The notes below the pieces were generated by a model that made no database searches, was not told the origin of the DNA, and worked only from the letters and a program-made list of their open reading frames with translations. This document shows positions 37,244 through 46,657 of a stretch of 64,000 nucleotides of DNA, piece by piece. A program made the translations under genes and the position numbers. The stretch lies in the IMG/VR virus record IMGVR_UViG_3300011242_000002, positions 32,001-96,000 of that record. One strand, given 5' to 3'. The first letter of the stretch is position 1; each line of letters begins with the position of its first letter. This DNA is from a virus. Its lineage: Duplodnaviria > Caudoviricetes.

Positions 37244-38886
37244 TGAAACATACCTTTAACCTGAACATCCCAGCGGATTGTGAAGACCCAGTTAAATATG
37301 TTCGCGAAGCCATTGAAAGCTTCCAAGCATCACAGGGTGAGCTTACTGGCGATATTTCCGTTAAGATCAACACGGAAAACCACGCGATTCCACAAATCGT
37401 GCGGGCTGCCATTCCAGAGATCAACGTTGAAGACGCGTATCCAAAACCAGGTGAGCCCCTGCCGTTGCGCGGCTGTATGAAACACGCGATCATCGTAGAT
37501 GACGCCCCTTATATTAGCGAAGGAAAAGAAAACGTGGCAGATCTTAACAAGGCACCAAAAGTAGATATCGTGATTAAAGACGGTGATGTTGTTGCAGTAG
37601 ACATGGTGAAAGTGTACACCCCGTTTATTCGTAAGTGGGCCGAAGACCGTAACATCATTGGCGGTGGTTCTACTACGCTGGACCAGTTCATCAAAGGCCT
37701 GACTGAGGCGGGTGAGCTCTGGACCCACATCGGTAAAGGCCAGCGTGAGCTGATGAAAGACGACATCGGTGATGTTTACGTTTGCCTGGTCAATGCCGCG
37801 GGTAACCTGGACATCAATCTGGAAGAGCATTTGACGCTGCTCGCACCAGACGATCGTCAGGCGATTACTACGCTGTATCAACGCCGTGGATTAAAGCGCT
37901 TTAGTCTGCAGGTGTTATACAACCTGGCCAGCGTGGCGAGAGCAATTGAAAACATCCTGGAGGCTGATAGCGAGTACGGTAATATTGAATTCTTCAAGAC
38001 CGACTTTTGTGAAGCCTGCGACGATGTGGTGTATACGTTAGAAACTATTGCACTGGAACAGGGTTGGTCGCTGTCTGAGTGTGTGATTGAAGCGTATGAA
38101 GATATTAAGGACAGGAAATGGTTAATGGTGTCAGGAACTTTTGTCAAGGAAAGCGACTTCACGCCTGAAATGGTTAAGGCCGCTATTGCTGACGAGACTA
38201 CCAAACCAGCCACGCGTGACTACCTCAATGAGTGGCTACGCAAAAACCCTGTTGAGTTATTGAGTAAAAGCATTGCTGAGGTGCCGACCTCAGAGGTTGT
38301 GTCTGCACCCATTCCTGTAAAAGCAGAAGTCAAAAAGCCGTTCTGGCGCGTTTGGAATGAAGCGCAGGGTAATAAAGATAACATTGCCCCGTTTGCCATT
38401 TCCGGTGAAGTTGCGCACTTGCTGAGCAATCAGAAAGATGACCAGATCGTGACCACGCTGGGTGTGTTCGGTCAGGTTAACCATAACCATGAAGTTTTCC
38501 TGATGGATATCCAGGGCGTTAAAGAGTCAATGGATCGTCTGGTGGGTAAAACCGTCGGTGAAGTTGATAACCCAAAACCGGAAGCGGGTCAGGACATCGC
38601 TGCGTGGCTTGAGCGTATCGCGACCGTTGATCAACGTAACGCAGCCGGTGTATTGGTTGATTACGCTATCAACATTTTGGGTGAGGGTTCACATGGTCCG
38701 ATCATTGAAGTGGTGGGTCTGGTAGAACCGTCGCCGCTAACCAAAGATCGTGTTGCTACCGCTGGTAATGTTTACTTTGGTATTCGTGGCGTTGTTGGTG
38801 TCAAAGAGGTCGGTGCCAAACTCAATCATGTTCAAAACCTGGTTTGCTTTGATCTGTCTACCGACAATCCACGGGAGATGAAATAA
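37243..38886 (+). CDS. MazG-like nucleotide pyrophosphohydrolase fused to a prohead-protease-like domain
   Basis: WAEDRNI...EAGEL...KDDIGD and AYEDIKDRK...GTFVKESD MazG motifs; C-terminal GEVDNP...RIATVD...FGIRG...CFDL. Confidence 0.75.
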   Translation: MKHTFNLNIPADCEDPVKYVREAIESFQASQGELTGDISVKINTENHAIPQIVRAAIPEINVEDAYPKPGEPLPLRGCMKHAIIVDDAPYISEGKENVADLNKAPKVDIVIKDGDVVAVDMVKVYTPFIRKWAEDRNIIGGGSTTLDQFIKGLTEAGELWTHIGKGQRELMKDDIGDVYVCLVNAAGNLDINLEEHLTLLAPDDRQAITTLYQRRGLKRFSLQVLYNLASVARAIENILEADSEYGNIEFFKTDFCEACDDVVYTLETIALEQGWSLSECVIEAYEDIKDRKWLMVSGTFVKESDFTPEMVKAAIADETTKPATRDYLNEWLRKNPVELLSKSIAEVPTSEVVSAPIPVKAEVKKPFWRVWNEAQGNKDNIAPFAISGEVAHLLSNQKDDQIVTTLGVFGQVNHNHEVFLMDIQGVKESMDRLVGKTVGEVDNPKPEAGQDIAAWLERIATVDQRNAAGVLVDYAINILGEGSHGPIIEVVGLVEPSPLTKDRVATAGNVYFGIRGVVGVKEVGAKLNHVQNLVCFDLSTDNPREMK

Positions 38887-39254
38887 TGAATCTCAATATT
38901 GCGTCGGTTAAGTATCGTTTCACTCGCGACATGATTGAAACGTACCATCAGATGTTTAAGGACGCACAGCAGCAAGGACGCAAGACGTATATCTATGCGT
39001 CCCCTGAAGCGCGTGAGAAGATCAGAAAAACCTTCTTGTCGGTTTTCACCAACGACGAGATGGATGAGCTGATCATCAATCCGCATCCCACTAACTACGT
39101 ATCCGCCGCCAAGCTCGGCCGTGGGATGACCAACCACACTGTGATCTTTATTGATGAGAAAGGCATTTTTGCCGACACCATTAAGAAGACGCTGGCACCG
39201 CTTAAAAACATCAATGCGTTAATCGTGCACAACGAGTACAACGACGAACGTTAA
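38886..39254 (+). CDS. hypothetical protein
   Basis: TAATG overlap. Confidence 0.7.
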   Translation: MNLNIASVKYRFTRDMIETYHQMFKDAQQQGRKTYIYASPEAREKIRKTFLSVFTNDEMDELIINPHPTNYVSAAKLGRGMTNHTVIFIDEKGIFADTIKKTLAPLKNINALIVHNEYNDER

Positions 39255-39300
39255 TCACCATCGGGGAGGGTGACCCTCCCCTCTTTAAGGAGTTTTTATT

Positions 39301-39534
39301 ATGTCTAAGTTTGTTATTAATCTGAATGTTGAAATTGACACTGACCATCTCATTGCGAACCTGAAGACCCACAACATCGTCAAGGCCGATGGCAGTGTTA
39401 ACGGTGTTAATGCACACGAATACTTGAAAGGCTACATTAACGGTGCCGTTGCCGCTAAGATAGACACCACCGACGTGTTGAAAGAGGTTATTGCAGATCT
39501 CGATAAGAAACTCAACACCAAGGATCTCTTCTAA
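39301..39534 (+). CDS. small hypothetical protein
   Basis: TAAGGAG SD. Confidence 0.75.
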   Translation: MSKFVINLNVEIDTDHLIANLKTHNIVKADGSVNGVNAHEYLKGYINGAVAAKIDTTDVLKEVIADLDKKLNTKDLF

Positions 39535-39566
39535 GCATTTCTAACCCTTAACCCGTTGGAGCACCT

Positions 39567-40571
39567 ATGAAACCTTTTTATATGCCTGATGTGATTACGT
39601 CGGAGATGAATAACGTCAGCTTCATTGCCAAGAACGGCAAGTGGCTGGAGGTTCTTAACCAATACCTGGTTGATACACAAGGTAAAGGTCAGCCGTACCG
39701 TGTGATTAACGGTGACCTGTTGACCAAGGATAAAACCTTCCAGCGTCTTCATCACGACATCAAAGCGCGTTACCCCGAGCCGCTGTCCGTTGAAGTCTAC
39801 AACAGTGACATGCCGTTTAGCTGGTTATGGTACGTGAACAAGGTGGTTTACCGCATCGGTCGGGAACTGATAGACAGCATTGCGGTACCCGATGAGAAAA
39901 TCATCGACCTGCCTATCGACCCGTTGCTGAATACCCCGCAGTGGGTGACCTGTGTGGCGTTAAGCTGGGACAAAGAGGCCATCAGGGACAGAGACGGACA
40001 CATACAGCGGGCGCTGATGTATGGGCTAACCTCCATCGGCGGGAAAGAGTACATGATGATGGTGCTGCATTATGAAACGTATAATGGCCTGATTCAAATG
40101 AACATGTACATCGATACGTCTGCACCCACTATCGGTGAAGGGTTTGCGTGGGCGGTGCGGGATTTGCCGGACATCAAGGCAAGCGAGTTTGGTCGCACCA
40201 TGCGCATCACCGAGATGAGCGAGATGATTTGTGACATCATCAACACGATGCTCTTCATCAACGGGGAGTACCACAAATCGTTAGTCGGTAAATCATCCCG
40301 AGTGTGGGAAACCCCACGCAAAGATCACAACGGCGGGTTCCGTATCAGACCCCGTGTATCCACCGTGTACGCGACGGTAGGCCAGGAAATGGTGGAAGCC
40401 GTAGAAGCAGCCAAGCGGGAAACTGCTACGGGTGGTGCACGCCGCGCCCATATTCGTCGTGGTCACTGGCATTCCTACTGGACTGGCCCACGTGGTTCAA
40501 AACAAACGTACATTATGCATTGGTTACCACCAATCATTGTATCAGGCACTGAGTTAAACACCGACGATTAA
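39567..40571 (+). CDS. hypothetical protein with C-terminal RxHxRRGHWH motif
   Basis: AACCCGTTGGAG leader; RRAHIRRGHWHSYWTGP...HWLPPIIV. Confidence 0.8.
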   Translation: MKPFYMPDVITSEMNNVSFIAKNGKWLEVLNQYLVDTQGKGQPYRVINGDLLTKDKTFQRLHHDIKARYPEPLSVEVYNSDMPFSWLWYVNKVVYRIGRELIDSIAVPDEKIIDLPIDPLLNTPQWVTCVALSWDKEAIRDRDGHIQRALMYGLTSIGGKEYMMMVLHYETYNGLIQMNMYIDTSAPTIGEGFAWAVRDLPDIKASEFGRTMRITEMSEMICDIINTMLFINGEYHKSLVGKSSRVWETPRKDHNGGFRIRPRVSTVYATVGQEMVEAVEAAKRETATGGARRAHIRRGHWHSYWTGPRGSKQTYIMHWLPPIIVSGTELNTDD

Positions 40572-40603
40572 ACCTTCCTTTTAATTGATAGTAAGGAGTC
40601 ATA

Positions 40604-41065
40604 ATGAAGAAGTTAGAGAAGCTTGCACAACTCACTGATGCGCAGCTGTGTTACGGGGCGTTGAAGTATTTGGGTTACCCTATTTACGTCTGTGGTGATC
40701 ACGAAGCGTCCAGCCCGCATCAATGGCCGGGCAATCACGCGCTTACTCAAATGGCAAGCGAAGGCGCGATCGTTACTCTGAGTCTGCAGGGTGAAATCCA
40801 TGTGGAAACTGCAGGTGAGTCTTATCCAGTTACGATGCAGGGTATTGTTGCCGCACACTTGAACGATCTGGTTAACCGTGATGCGGTCCGTCAGGTTTCT
40901 GTTGATGCCGATGGTCAGTACAGCGTGTCCGTCATGATGGGGATGGATCCGGATCTTACCTGCCACGTTCACGGCAATGATTTGTATAAGGCGCTCTGCT
41001 ATGGCTTCGTGTTGTACCACTGCGGAGATTCGTTAGACGTTCCGGATGTACTGGTAACCGAGTAA
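40604..41065 (+). CDS. NinX/DUF2591-like phage protein
   Basis: LTDAQLCY...LG N-terminus and G.DLYKALC...GDSLDVPDVL C-terminus. Confidence 0.55.
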   Translation: MKKLEKLAQLTDAQLCYGALKYLGYPIYVCGDHEASSPHQWPGNHALTQMASEGAIVTLSLQGEIHVETAGESYPVTMQGIVAAHLNDLVNRDAVRQVSVDADGQYSVSVMMGMDPDLTCHVHGNDLYKALCYGFVLYHCGDSLDVPDVLVTE

Positions 41066-41647
41066 ATGAAAAGAACAAAAAATATTCGCCGTGACCGTTT
41101 TCGTAAAGTGCATCGGTTCGGCTCTTTATCTATGGCATTAATGGTAGCAACCGGTGCGTTTGTCATGACCGGCTGTGAGGAACCCGCTGACCAGGCTGTG
41201 GCAATGTACAAGAACTCAGACGATTGCGTGAAAGCCAATCCCGCTGAGACGGAACAGTGCAACAAGGCCTGGCAGCGTTCCTTGCAGGAAAGTGACAAGA
41301 CCGGACCGAAGTACAGCAACCAGGGCGAGTGCACCGATGAATTTGGTTACGGCCAGTGTTATCAGCACAGCAGTGGTGGCGGGTATGTGTACACCCCCTA
41401 TCCCGCCGGGTTTATGTACGGCAGCCACGGCTCATACGCCCAACCGCTGTATTCATCCAGCCGTCCATCAAGCGCAACCTATCGCAGCTTCTCGGATGCC
41501 AACGGACATAACTACGGCAGTGCTGTATCGGGCCGTAGCATCATGACCACCCGCAGCAACATTGCGCCCAAGCCTGCCACCACGACCACGGTCACCCGCA
41601 GCGGCTTTGGGCGTTCTTTTTCATCCCACGCCAGCTTTGGAGGGTAA
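41066..41647 (+). CDS. ygiB: YgiB/DUF1190 lipoprotein
   Basis: MKRTKNIR, MTGC lipobox-like site, DDC..ANP...C, PKY....C..EFG.GQC, QPL, APKPATTTTVTRSGFG closely match E. coli YgiB as recalled. Confidence 0.85.
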   Translation: MKRTKNIRRDRFRKVHRFGSLSMALMVATGAFVMTGCEEPADQAVAMYKNSDDCVKANPAETEQCNKAWQRSLQESDKTGPKYSNQGECTDEFGYGQCYQHSSGGGYVYTPYPAGFMYGSHGSYAQPLYSSSRPSSATYRSFSDANGHNYGSAVSGRSIMTTRSNIAPKPATTTTVTRSGFGRSFSSHASFGG

Positions 41648-41648
41648 G

Positions 41649-42323
41649 ATGACGATTGAAATTTACAGCCGCAGTTTTGTGATTAGCATTTTGAATCCCG
41701 CAGAGGAAACCTGTCTGCATATCGACTGTCTGGAAAGCAACCTCGGTGGGTTGGAGCAGTTTCTTCGCTTTGATGCTTTGGGGTTTAAAAACCTGCAGGG
41801 GTCAGACGACTTTACCCTGAACAGCCACAAGGTGATTTCTAAGGAAGGGGTGATTGAGGCAAAACAGGGCAAGATCTTTTACCAGATCGTTGACGGCAAG
41901 GTAGGCTTTAATCCGCTCAACGGCTGCCTGGGTGAGTATGGCTTCACGGTATCGCTGGACAAGCTGGCTGAACTGCTGGCGCGTGAAACCCGACAGGGGC
42001 GTTGGGATGATTACTGCATGGGTGCTATTGAGCACACCGGGAAGAAGTTCTATCTTTACACCCACCTGCTGTTTAAGGACATGATTACGGTTACCGACCG
42101 TGAAAGCTTCTATGTGGAACTCCGTAATAAAGAATCGAACTGGAGCGTAAAAGATTCCTATATTACCTCAGTGATGATCGATCGCTTACCGCCTGATCTC
42201 GCGCTTAAACCGAAAGAGTACTGGCAGGTCGCACGCGGCGCATGTAACTTAACCGTAGAGCTGCTGCAGGCGCATAAACTCAACAGCATCACTGACATCA
42301 AAGACCACTTTAACATAGCGTAA
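41649..42323 (+). CDS. hypothetical protein
   Basis: GGAGG SD before ATG 41649. Confidence 0.7.
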   Translation: MTIEIYSRSFVISILNPAEETCLHIDCLESNLGGLEQFLRFDALGFKNLQGSDDFTLNSHKVISKEGVIEAKQGKIFYQIVDGKVGFNPLNGCLGEYGFTVSLDKLAELLARETRQGRWDDYCMGAIEHTGKKFYLYTHLLFKDMITVTDRESFYVELRNKESNWSVKDSYITSVMIDRLPPDLALKPKEYWQVARGACNLTVELLQAHKLNSITDIKDHFNIA

Positions 42324-42335
42324 TGGATACACCGA

Positions 42336-42518
42336 ATGAACATCTTTAATCTGTTTGGCAAACACCGGAGCGCTTTCGCCAAATACCGCGAACAGCGCAT
42401 GCGTGAATTACGGCACTGCAGTTTCAACGGCCAGCCGATCCAGTGGTTTACCGGCCCGGAGACCACCACGTATTACGATGCTAACGGCAAGCTGATTAAA
42501 TCCGTTACCGTGCATTAA
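42336..42518 (+). CDS. small hypothetical protein
   Basis: Fills the gap between neighbouring genes. Confidence 0.55.
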   Translation: MNIFNLFGKHRSAFAKYREQRMRELRHCSFNGQPIQWFTGPETTTYYDANGKLIKSVTVH

Positions 42519-42529
42519 GAGGGAACTGC

Positions 42530-42826
42530 ATGCTTATTGCTATATTACTATGGGTTGTCATCGTGTTCTTTGGGCTCATCTTTGTTGGGTTACTCTTTGA
42601 CGGCTCGATTACCGGTATTACTGGCGCGACCATGGGTGTGTCGTTACTGATCATCTTCTTGTGTGTAAGAGGGCTTGATCGCAACGAAGCCAGTCAGGTC
42701 TGTGATGCCATCAACGGGGTTGGCGGTCAGGCGTACTTCAGCTCCGGTAAGTGTGTTATTAGAAACGACGGCGGGTTCCCTGTTAATACGGAAAGCGACC
42801 GTTATGTGTATCTCAATCAACAGTAG
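42530..42826 (+). CDS. small membrane protein
   Basis: Two TM helices; GAGG SD. Confidence 0.7.
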   Translation: MLIAILLWVVIVFFGLIFVGLLFDGSITGITGATMGVSLLIIFLCVRGLDRNEASQVCDAINGVGGQAYFSSGKCVIRNDGGFPVNTESDRYVYLNQQ

Positions 42827-42839
42827 TCGGACATTTTAA

Positions 42840-43151
42840 ATGGAACGTAAACAATACAGCAGCTTGCGCGAGATTGCCATGGATACCATGCCAGGCGATT
42901 TAATCCGTCATTCATCCTGGCCGGAGCACACGGTCTTTGCCTGCTCCACGGAATTTCTGATGGGTTTTGGTAATTACCCGTACGCCGATCGCCCGGTACA
43001 TAACGTGCGCGGGATGCCGGAAATTAAGAAAGGCGGTCACTGGACGCATGGGGGTAAATACCCACCGCGTGTCAACACGGTAAATCGCCTTGCGGTGCGC
43101 GCTTCTTCTGTCCCGCACCATGTGCCGCTGATCAAGCCGGTACGCGCTTAG
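42840..43151 (+). CDS. hypothetical protein
   Basis: Last ORF before the terminator. Confidence 0.6.
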   Translation: MERKQYSSLREIAMDTMPGDLIRHSSWPEHTVFACSTEFLMGFGNYPYADRPVHNVRGMPEIKKGGHWTHGGKYPPRVNTVNRLAVRASSVPHHVPLIKPVRA

Positions 43152-43152
43152 G

Positions 43153-43203
43153 CGCCATAAAGTCAGGTAAGCCCCGTGAAGGGCTTACCTGACACTTATG
43201 CCG
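43153..43203. terminator. bidirectional hairpin flanked by CCATAA...TTATGCCG
   Basis: 13-bp stem gtcaggtaagccc/gggcttacctgac between convergent genes. Confidence 0.8.
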
Positions 43204-43609
43204 GTTTGTTAAGCATACTCGGGTACAACACCAAATCGTCAGGCAGGGCTGAACGACTCTCAAGGTCTGGGCGACCAAACAGCTTGACGAAGGCGTACAT
43301 CGGTAACCAGTACTTCATCCCCAACCCACAGCGCTGAATGTTCAGTTTGAACAACGTGTCGGCTTCTTCCTTGGTCCCGATACCCCTTACCGCCAGCAGG
43401 TACAGATAGTCGTGTACAATGCAGGCCGGGAAGTAACGGTAGTACGGAGGAAACAGCGACCACAGTATCCGAGGGATAGTGCCGCCATCAGTGATCAGGC
43501 CTTTTGGTACGATGACTTCTGGCGTTACGTAATCTTCGGTCAACATAAAACGATCCCGCTTGTTTAAATAGCGGCACGCAACGTCTGGTAATGTAACTGT
43601 ATCGGACAT
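43196..43609 (-). CDS. DUF1353 family protein
   Basis: VPKGLITDGGTIPRILW...ACIVHDYLY...EADTLF; ATG 43609 after AGGGG. Confidence 0.85.
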   Translation of the reverse strand: MSDTVTLPDVACRYLNKRDRFMLTEDYVTPEVIVPKGLITDGGTIPRILWSLFPPYYRYFPACIVHDYLYLLAVRGIGTKEEADTLFKLNIQRCGLGMKYWLPMYAFVKLFGRPDLESRSALPDDLVLYPSMLNKPA

Positions 43610-43660
43610 GAACCACCCCTGTGTAAACATCGCTATCATACCATTTTCAGGAGACCTGCT

Positions 43661-44080
43661 ATGTCTAGAGCTAACATCATCGCCGAGCGCATTCTGGGTG
43701 CGCTGAACAATGACCCGATTTACCACAGCAACCTCTTGTGTCGCACCACCGCACCCTCGTCTTTTGGTGGCGTAATCATCGCCATGTTTATTATGCCAAT
43801 TGCCGATAACGACCTGAATGCCGAAATGATGGAGCGGCGAATCTTAGCCGAGATGCGCGAAGAGGACATCTACGTGGCGTTTCATAAAACCCGGCGTCAG
43901 GAAGGTGAGCGCTTGCTGACCGTGACCAAGCCGCTGGAGCGGAGTCACATCAACTACACCTACGGCAATCTGCAAGGGTTTACCAAGCTGTGGTTAATTG
44001 AGGCCACCGATGCTAAGCGGGCAGTGGCGGAACACAAAGCCAAAACCCAGCCCAAACAGATCACCGTGGGGAGGCACTAG
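43661..44080 (+). CDS. hypothetical protein
   Basis: AGGAG SD. Confidence 0.7.
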   Translation: MSRANIIAERILGALNNDPIYHSNLLCRTTAPSSFGGVIIAMFIMPIADNDLNAEMMERRILAEMREEDIYVAFHKTRRQEGERLLTVTKPLERSHINYTYGNLQGFTKLWLIEATDAKRAVAEHKAKTQPKQITVGRH

Positions 44081-44089
44081 GAGGAAGCC

Positions 44090-44245
44090 ATGTTTGCCGT
44101 CTTTACCGCCATTGCTGTTGGTCTGGGGTACCTAGCGTATCGCTTAAGTGCCGCCTTCACCCATCAGGCCGTCTGGTTCATTATTTTCTCTGGCCTATTG
44201 GCCTTTTCAACCGGGTTTTTATTTAAAGCCCTCTTTTTCTACTAA
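44090..44245 (+). CDS. 51-aa two-TM membrane protein (absent from the ORF track)
   Basis: AGGAGG SD; MFAVFTAIAVGLGYLAYRLSAAFTHQAVWFIIFSGLLAFSTGFLFKALFFY fills the gap exactly. Confidence 0.7.
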   Translation: MFAVFTAIAVGLGYLAYRLSAAFTHQAVWFIIFSGLLAFSTGFLFKALFFY

Positions 44246-44256
44246 GGAAACTTAAC

Positions 44257-44856
44257 ATGTCTAAATCACACAGCCTTGAAGAATTACGTTCACTCATGCG
44301 CCCAGCTATGGCAGTCGCACTTATGTCGCTGATTGGTGGCGAGTCACTTCAGCTGTACAACCCTAACTTAACACAAAATGAACGTGTCAAAAATAATGGG
44401 ATGGTTCGTGATGTGCCAGAAGGGATGGTTGGGTTCGGGTCATCCGTCGTCGTTGTCATGGCAAATGGGTATTACCGTGTGGCATACGCTTACTTTGTTG
44501 ATGAACGTTGCCGTGAGCTCTTTGGTTTTGGTCTGACCATGGAAGGCGATCATGTTGTATTAAAGCGCCCTGAATCAAAAGGTGCCAGTGCGTCTTTAGG
44601 TTACAGCTACTATAAAGACGAGCAGGGTCGTGACATGATCGTGGGTGATTATACACATGAGCTTAATAATGCCTACATGGATCTGCTCAACACACCGCAA
44701 TTTGCGCATGTTGATCCGGCCGGTCATGCTTATATCTACAGTAACTCAGCCAAGATCTATATCGCCGATTTGCTGATCACCGCCGCCTGGTGCGGTGATG
44801 AAGTTGTCGTTACAGACTGTTTTGTCAAAATCGAAGGGAAAGGGGGTAGCGTGTGA
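44257..44856 (+). CDS. hypothetical protein
   Basis: TAAGGA SD. Confidence 0.75.
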   Translation: MSKSHSLEELRSLMRPAMAVALMSLIGGESLQLYNPNLTQNERVKNNGMVRDVPEGMVGFGSSVVVVMANGYYRVAYAYFVDERCRELFGFGLTMEGDHVVLKRPESKGASASLGYSYYKDEQGRDMIVGDYTHELNNAYMDLLNTPQFAHVDPAGHAYIYSNSAKIYIADLLITAAWCGDEVVVTDCFVKIEGKGGSV

Positions 44857-45236
44857 TTGTCGGTATCTTTGCGTTAATCGCAGGTTTTGCCTGCATCATT
44901 TATTCCATCGTCCAGTTTGTGAAAGCCAGGCGACTGGTGTATCTCAACATGCTCAGTTCCGAATATAACCTGTGGGGGATATTCGGTCTGTTAGGCGTAA
45001 TAGTGTTCATGAGTATCGCCGCCTGGTCGTTCCGTAACGTGTATCTAAATAACGCGTGCATCAGCGAACGGACAGCCGAGATAGAACAGTGTAGCAAAAT
45101 GGAGAACGTCTGGCCTGGTCGGATACTGTTCACTGACCACTGCTATTTCGAAATGAACAACGGTATCTACATGCGTCATGCCAGTGATGATACCAAGCTG
45201 TACACCAAGCAAGAAGTACTCGATCGTAAACCATAA
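44853..45236 (+). CDS. membrane protein
   Basis: GTGA overlap; two TM helices. Confidence 0.7.
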   Translation: MIVGIFALIAGFACIIYSIVQFVKARRLVYLNMLSSEYNLWGIFGLLGVIVFMSIAAWSFRNVYLNNACISERTAEIEQCSKMENVWPGRILFTDHCYFEMNNGIYMRHASDDTKLYTKQEVLDRKP

Positions 45237-45253
45237 CCCGTAGGAGTTTTATC

Positions 45254-45454
45254 ATGTTTCAGCTTATTCTGGTTATTCTGCTCGGCCTGCTTAACACTGG
45301 CATTTCTGTTTACAGCTATCGTCGCGCACAGTCAGCCTATGGGGTGGACGATCGGCTTTACAATATCTGGTGGTGGTTGTCCTTATGTACGGCAATCTCC
45401 GTAATGTGCATCGCGATTAGCGCTGGCACGGTAATCAAACGCATCTATTTTTAA
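45254..45454 (+). CDS. small two-TM membrane protein
   Basis: AACCCGTAGGAG leader. Confidence 0.7.
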   Translation: MFQLILVILLGLLNTGISVYSYRRAQSAYGVDDRLYNIWWWLSLCTAISVMCIAISAGTVIKRIYF

Positions 45455-45456
45455 GT

Positions 45457-45486
45457 CTATATTACCTGAGTGTAATCCCGAACATA
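45457..45486 (+). promoter_or_regulatory. putative early promoter CTATATTAC-N5-TG with CCCGAACATA leader
   Basis: Motif copy; downstream sequence shared with the 51445 copy. Confidence 0.7.
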
Positions 45487-45541
45487 CACCGTAGTTATTA
45501 TGCTACACCACACCCCAAAACTGAAAACACAGGAACCCGTT

Positions 45542-46585
45542 ATGACTCTTAAAACTATGGCCGAACTGAACGCGAACCAACCTCACCTGCGCGACCTGGA
45601 AATCACCGTTGACGGTCTCAACGTCGTTGACATCCAATTAGCCGGCCCGGGCGTATGGGCGCCACGCTTCACGGTTCAGATTTCTGGTGACCGTGGCCTT
45701 GACGATACCACCGGTCAGCGCAGCGTTTATCTGCAAGCAGCAGAATACCTGCGCAGCGTGCTGCTGCTGAATGGCCAGGGTGACGGCACCCAGCAACACG
45801 CGTTTGTTCCGCATGCCAACCTTCATCGTGCAGACCTGGACGCTGATATTGAAGCCGCTGTTGTTGCCGCTAACGCGGCTATCGGTGGGCTGATGGCGCT
45901 TTATAAAGGCGTGAAGATTGACGAAACCGACGAAATGGCGGCAGAGGGTCACTATGAATGTCACACCCACGCCCTGCATATCCATATCCGCAGCGTCGAC
46001 TTCGACCTGGCTGAGCGCACGGTACTGCCTGCTAAAACTATTGATCGTTTAAACGTGTTGCTGGGGGGGTCGGCTAATCCGACACCTGAACTGACTGCGT
46101 TGACGAACCGTAAAGCAGATGCACCCGCAGAGCCCGAGCTTTCCGTATCCAACGTGACCAAATCTTTCGACGGTGTGCTGCATGCTAGCGTAGTGTTGGA
46201 AGGCAGTTTCGTTGCGCCGAATCAGGTATATTGGATCCCGGCCAACCGCGTTGATGAATTCCCGTCACTGGAAGCCATCCGTCGTGGTACCGTACTAACC
46301 TGTGTTGCAAACAGTAATGACTGGGTGGAGTACCTGGTGCAGTTACCTACTGATGAAGTTACCCTGCCTGAAGTTGATGTGCGTGCAACGACGGTGCTGA
46401 TTGACGGCATTCCACATAAACGTTTCGAGCGCCAGGACAACGGTCGTCAAAATGTTTTCTGGGTGCCGGAAACCATTGAGGTGGTCATTGACCAGAACCA
46501 TGAGATTCCGGATGACCTGCTGATGGTCATTATCGCCGAAGACGATAACGGTAATCTGGAATGGCGTGTCACCGGTCGTAAATAA
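45542..46585 (+). CDS. hypothetical protein with internal C-terminal repeat
   Basis: AGGA SD before ATG 45542; VYWIP...VEYLV and VFWVP...LEWRV repeats. Confidence 0.75.
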   Translation: MTLKTMAELNANQPHLRDLEITVDGLNVVDIQLAGPGVWAPRFTVQISGDRGLDDTTGQRSVYLQAAEYLRSVLLLNGQGDGTQQHAFVPHANLHRADLDADIEAAVVAANAAIGGLMALYKGVKIDETDEMAAEGHYECHTHALHIHIRSVDFDLAERTVLPAKTIDRLNVLLGGSANPTPELTALTNRKADAPAEPELSVSNVTKSFDGVLHASVVLEGSFVAPNQVYWIPANRVDEFPSLEAIRRGTVLTCVANSNDWVEYLVQLPTDEVTLPEVDVRATTVLIDGIPHKRFERQDNGRQNVFWVPETIEVVIDQNHEIPDDLLMVIIAEDDNGNLEWRVTGRK

Positions 46586-46597
46586 GTAACACCGCAC

Positions 46598-46634
46598 CGG
46601 CATAACGGCCAGGGGGCCTCCCCCTGGCTCTTTA
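46598..46634. terminator. hairpin with CGGCATAA flank
   Basis: gccaggggg-cct-ccccctggc. Confidence 0.7.
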
Positions 46635-46657
46635 TCCTTAACATGTTGGAGTATAAG

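Noticed and set aside
42840-43151. Possible Tad2/DUF2829 anti-Thoeris sponge (G..I.H..W)
   Set aside because: The diagnostic C-terminal W.PS..D..A.DW motif is absent.
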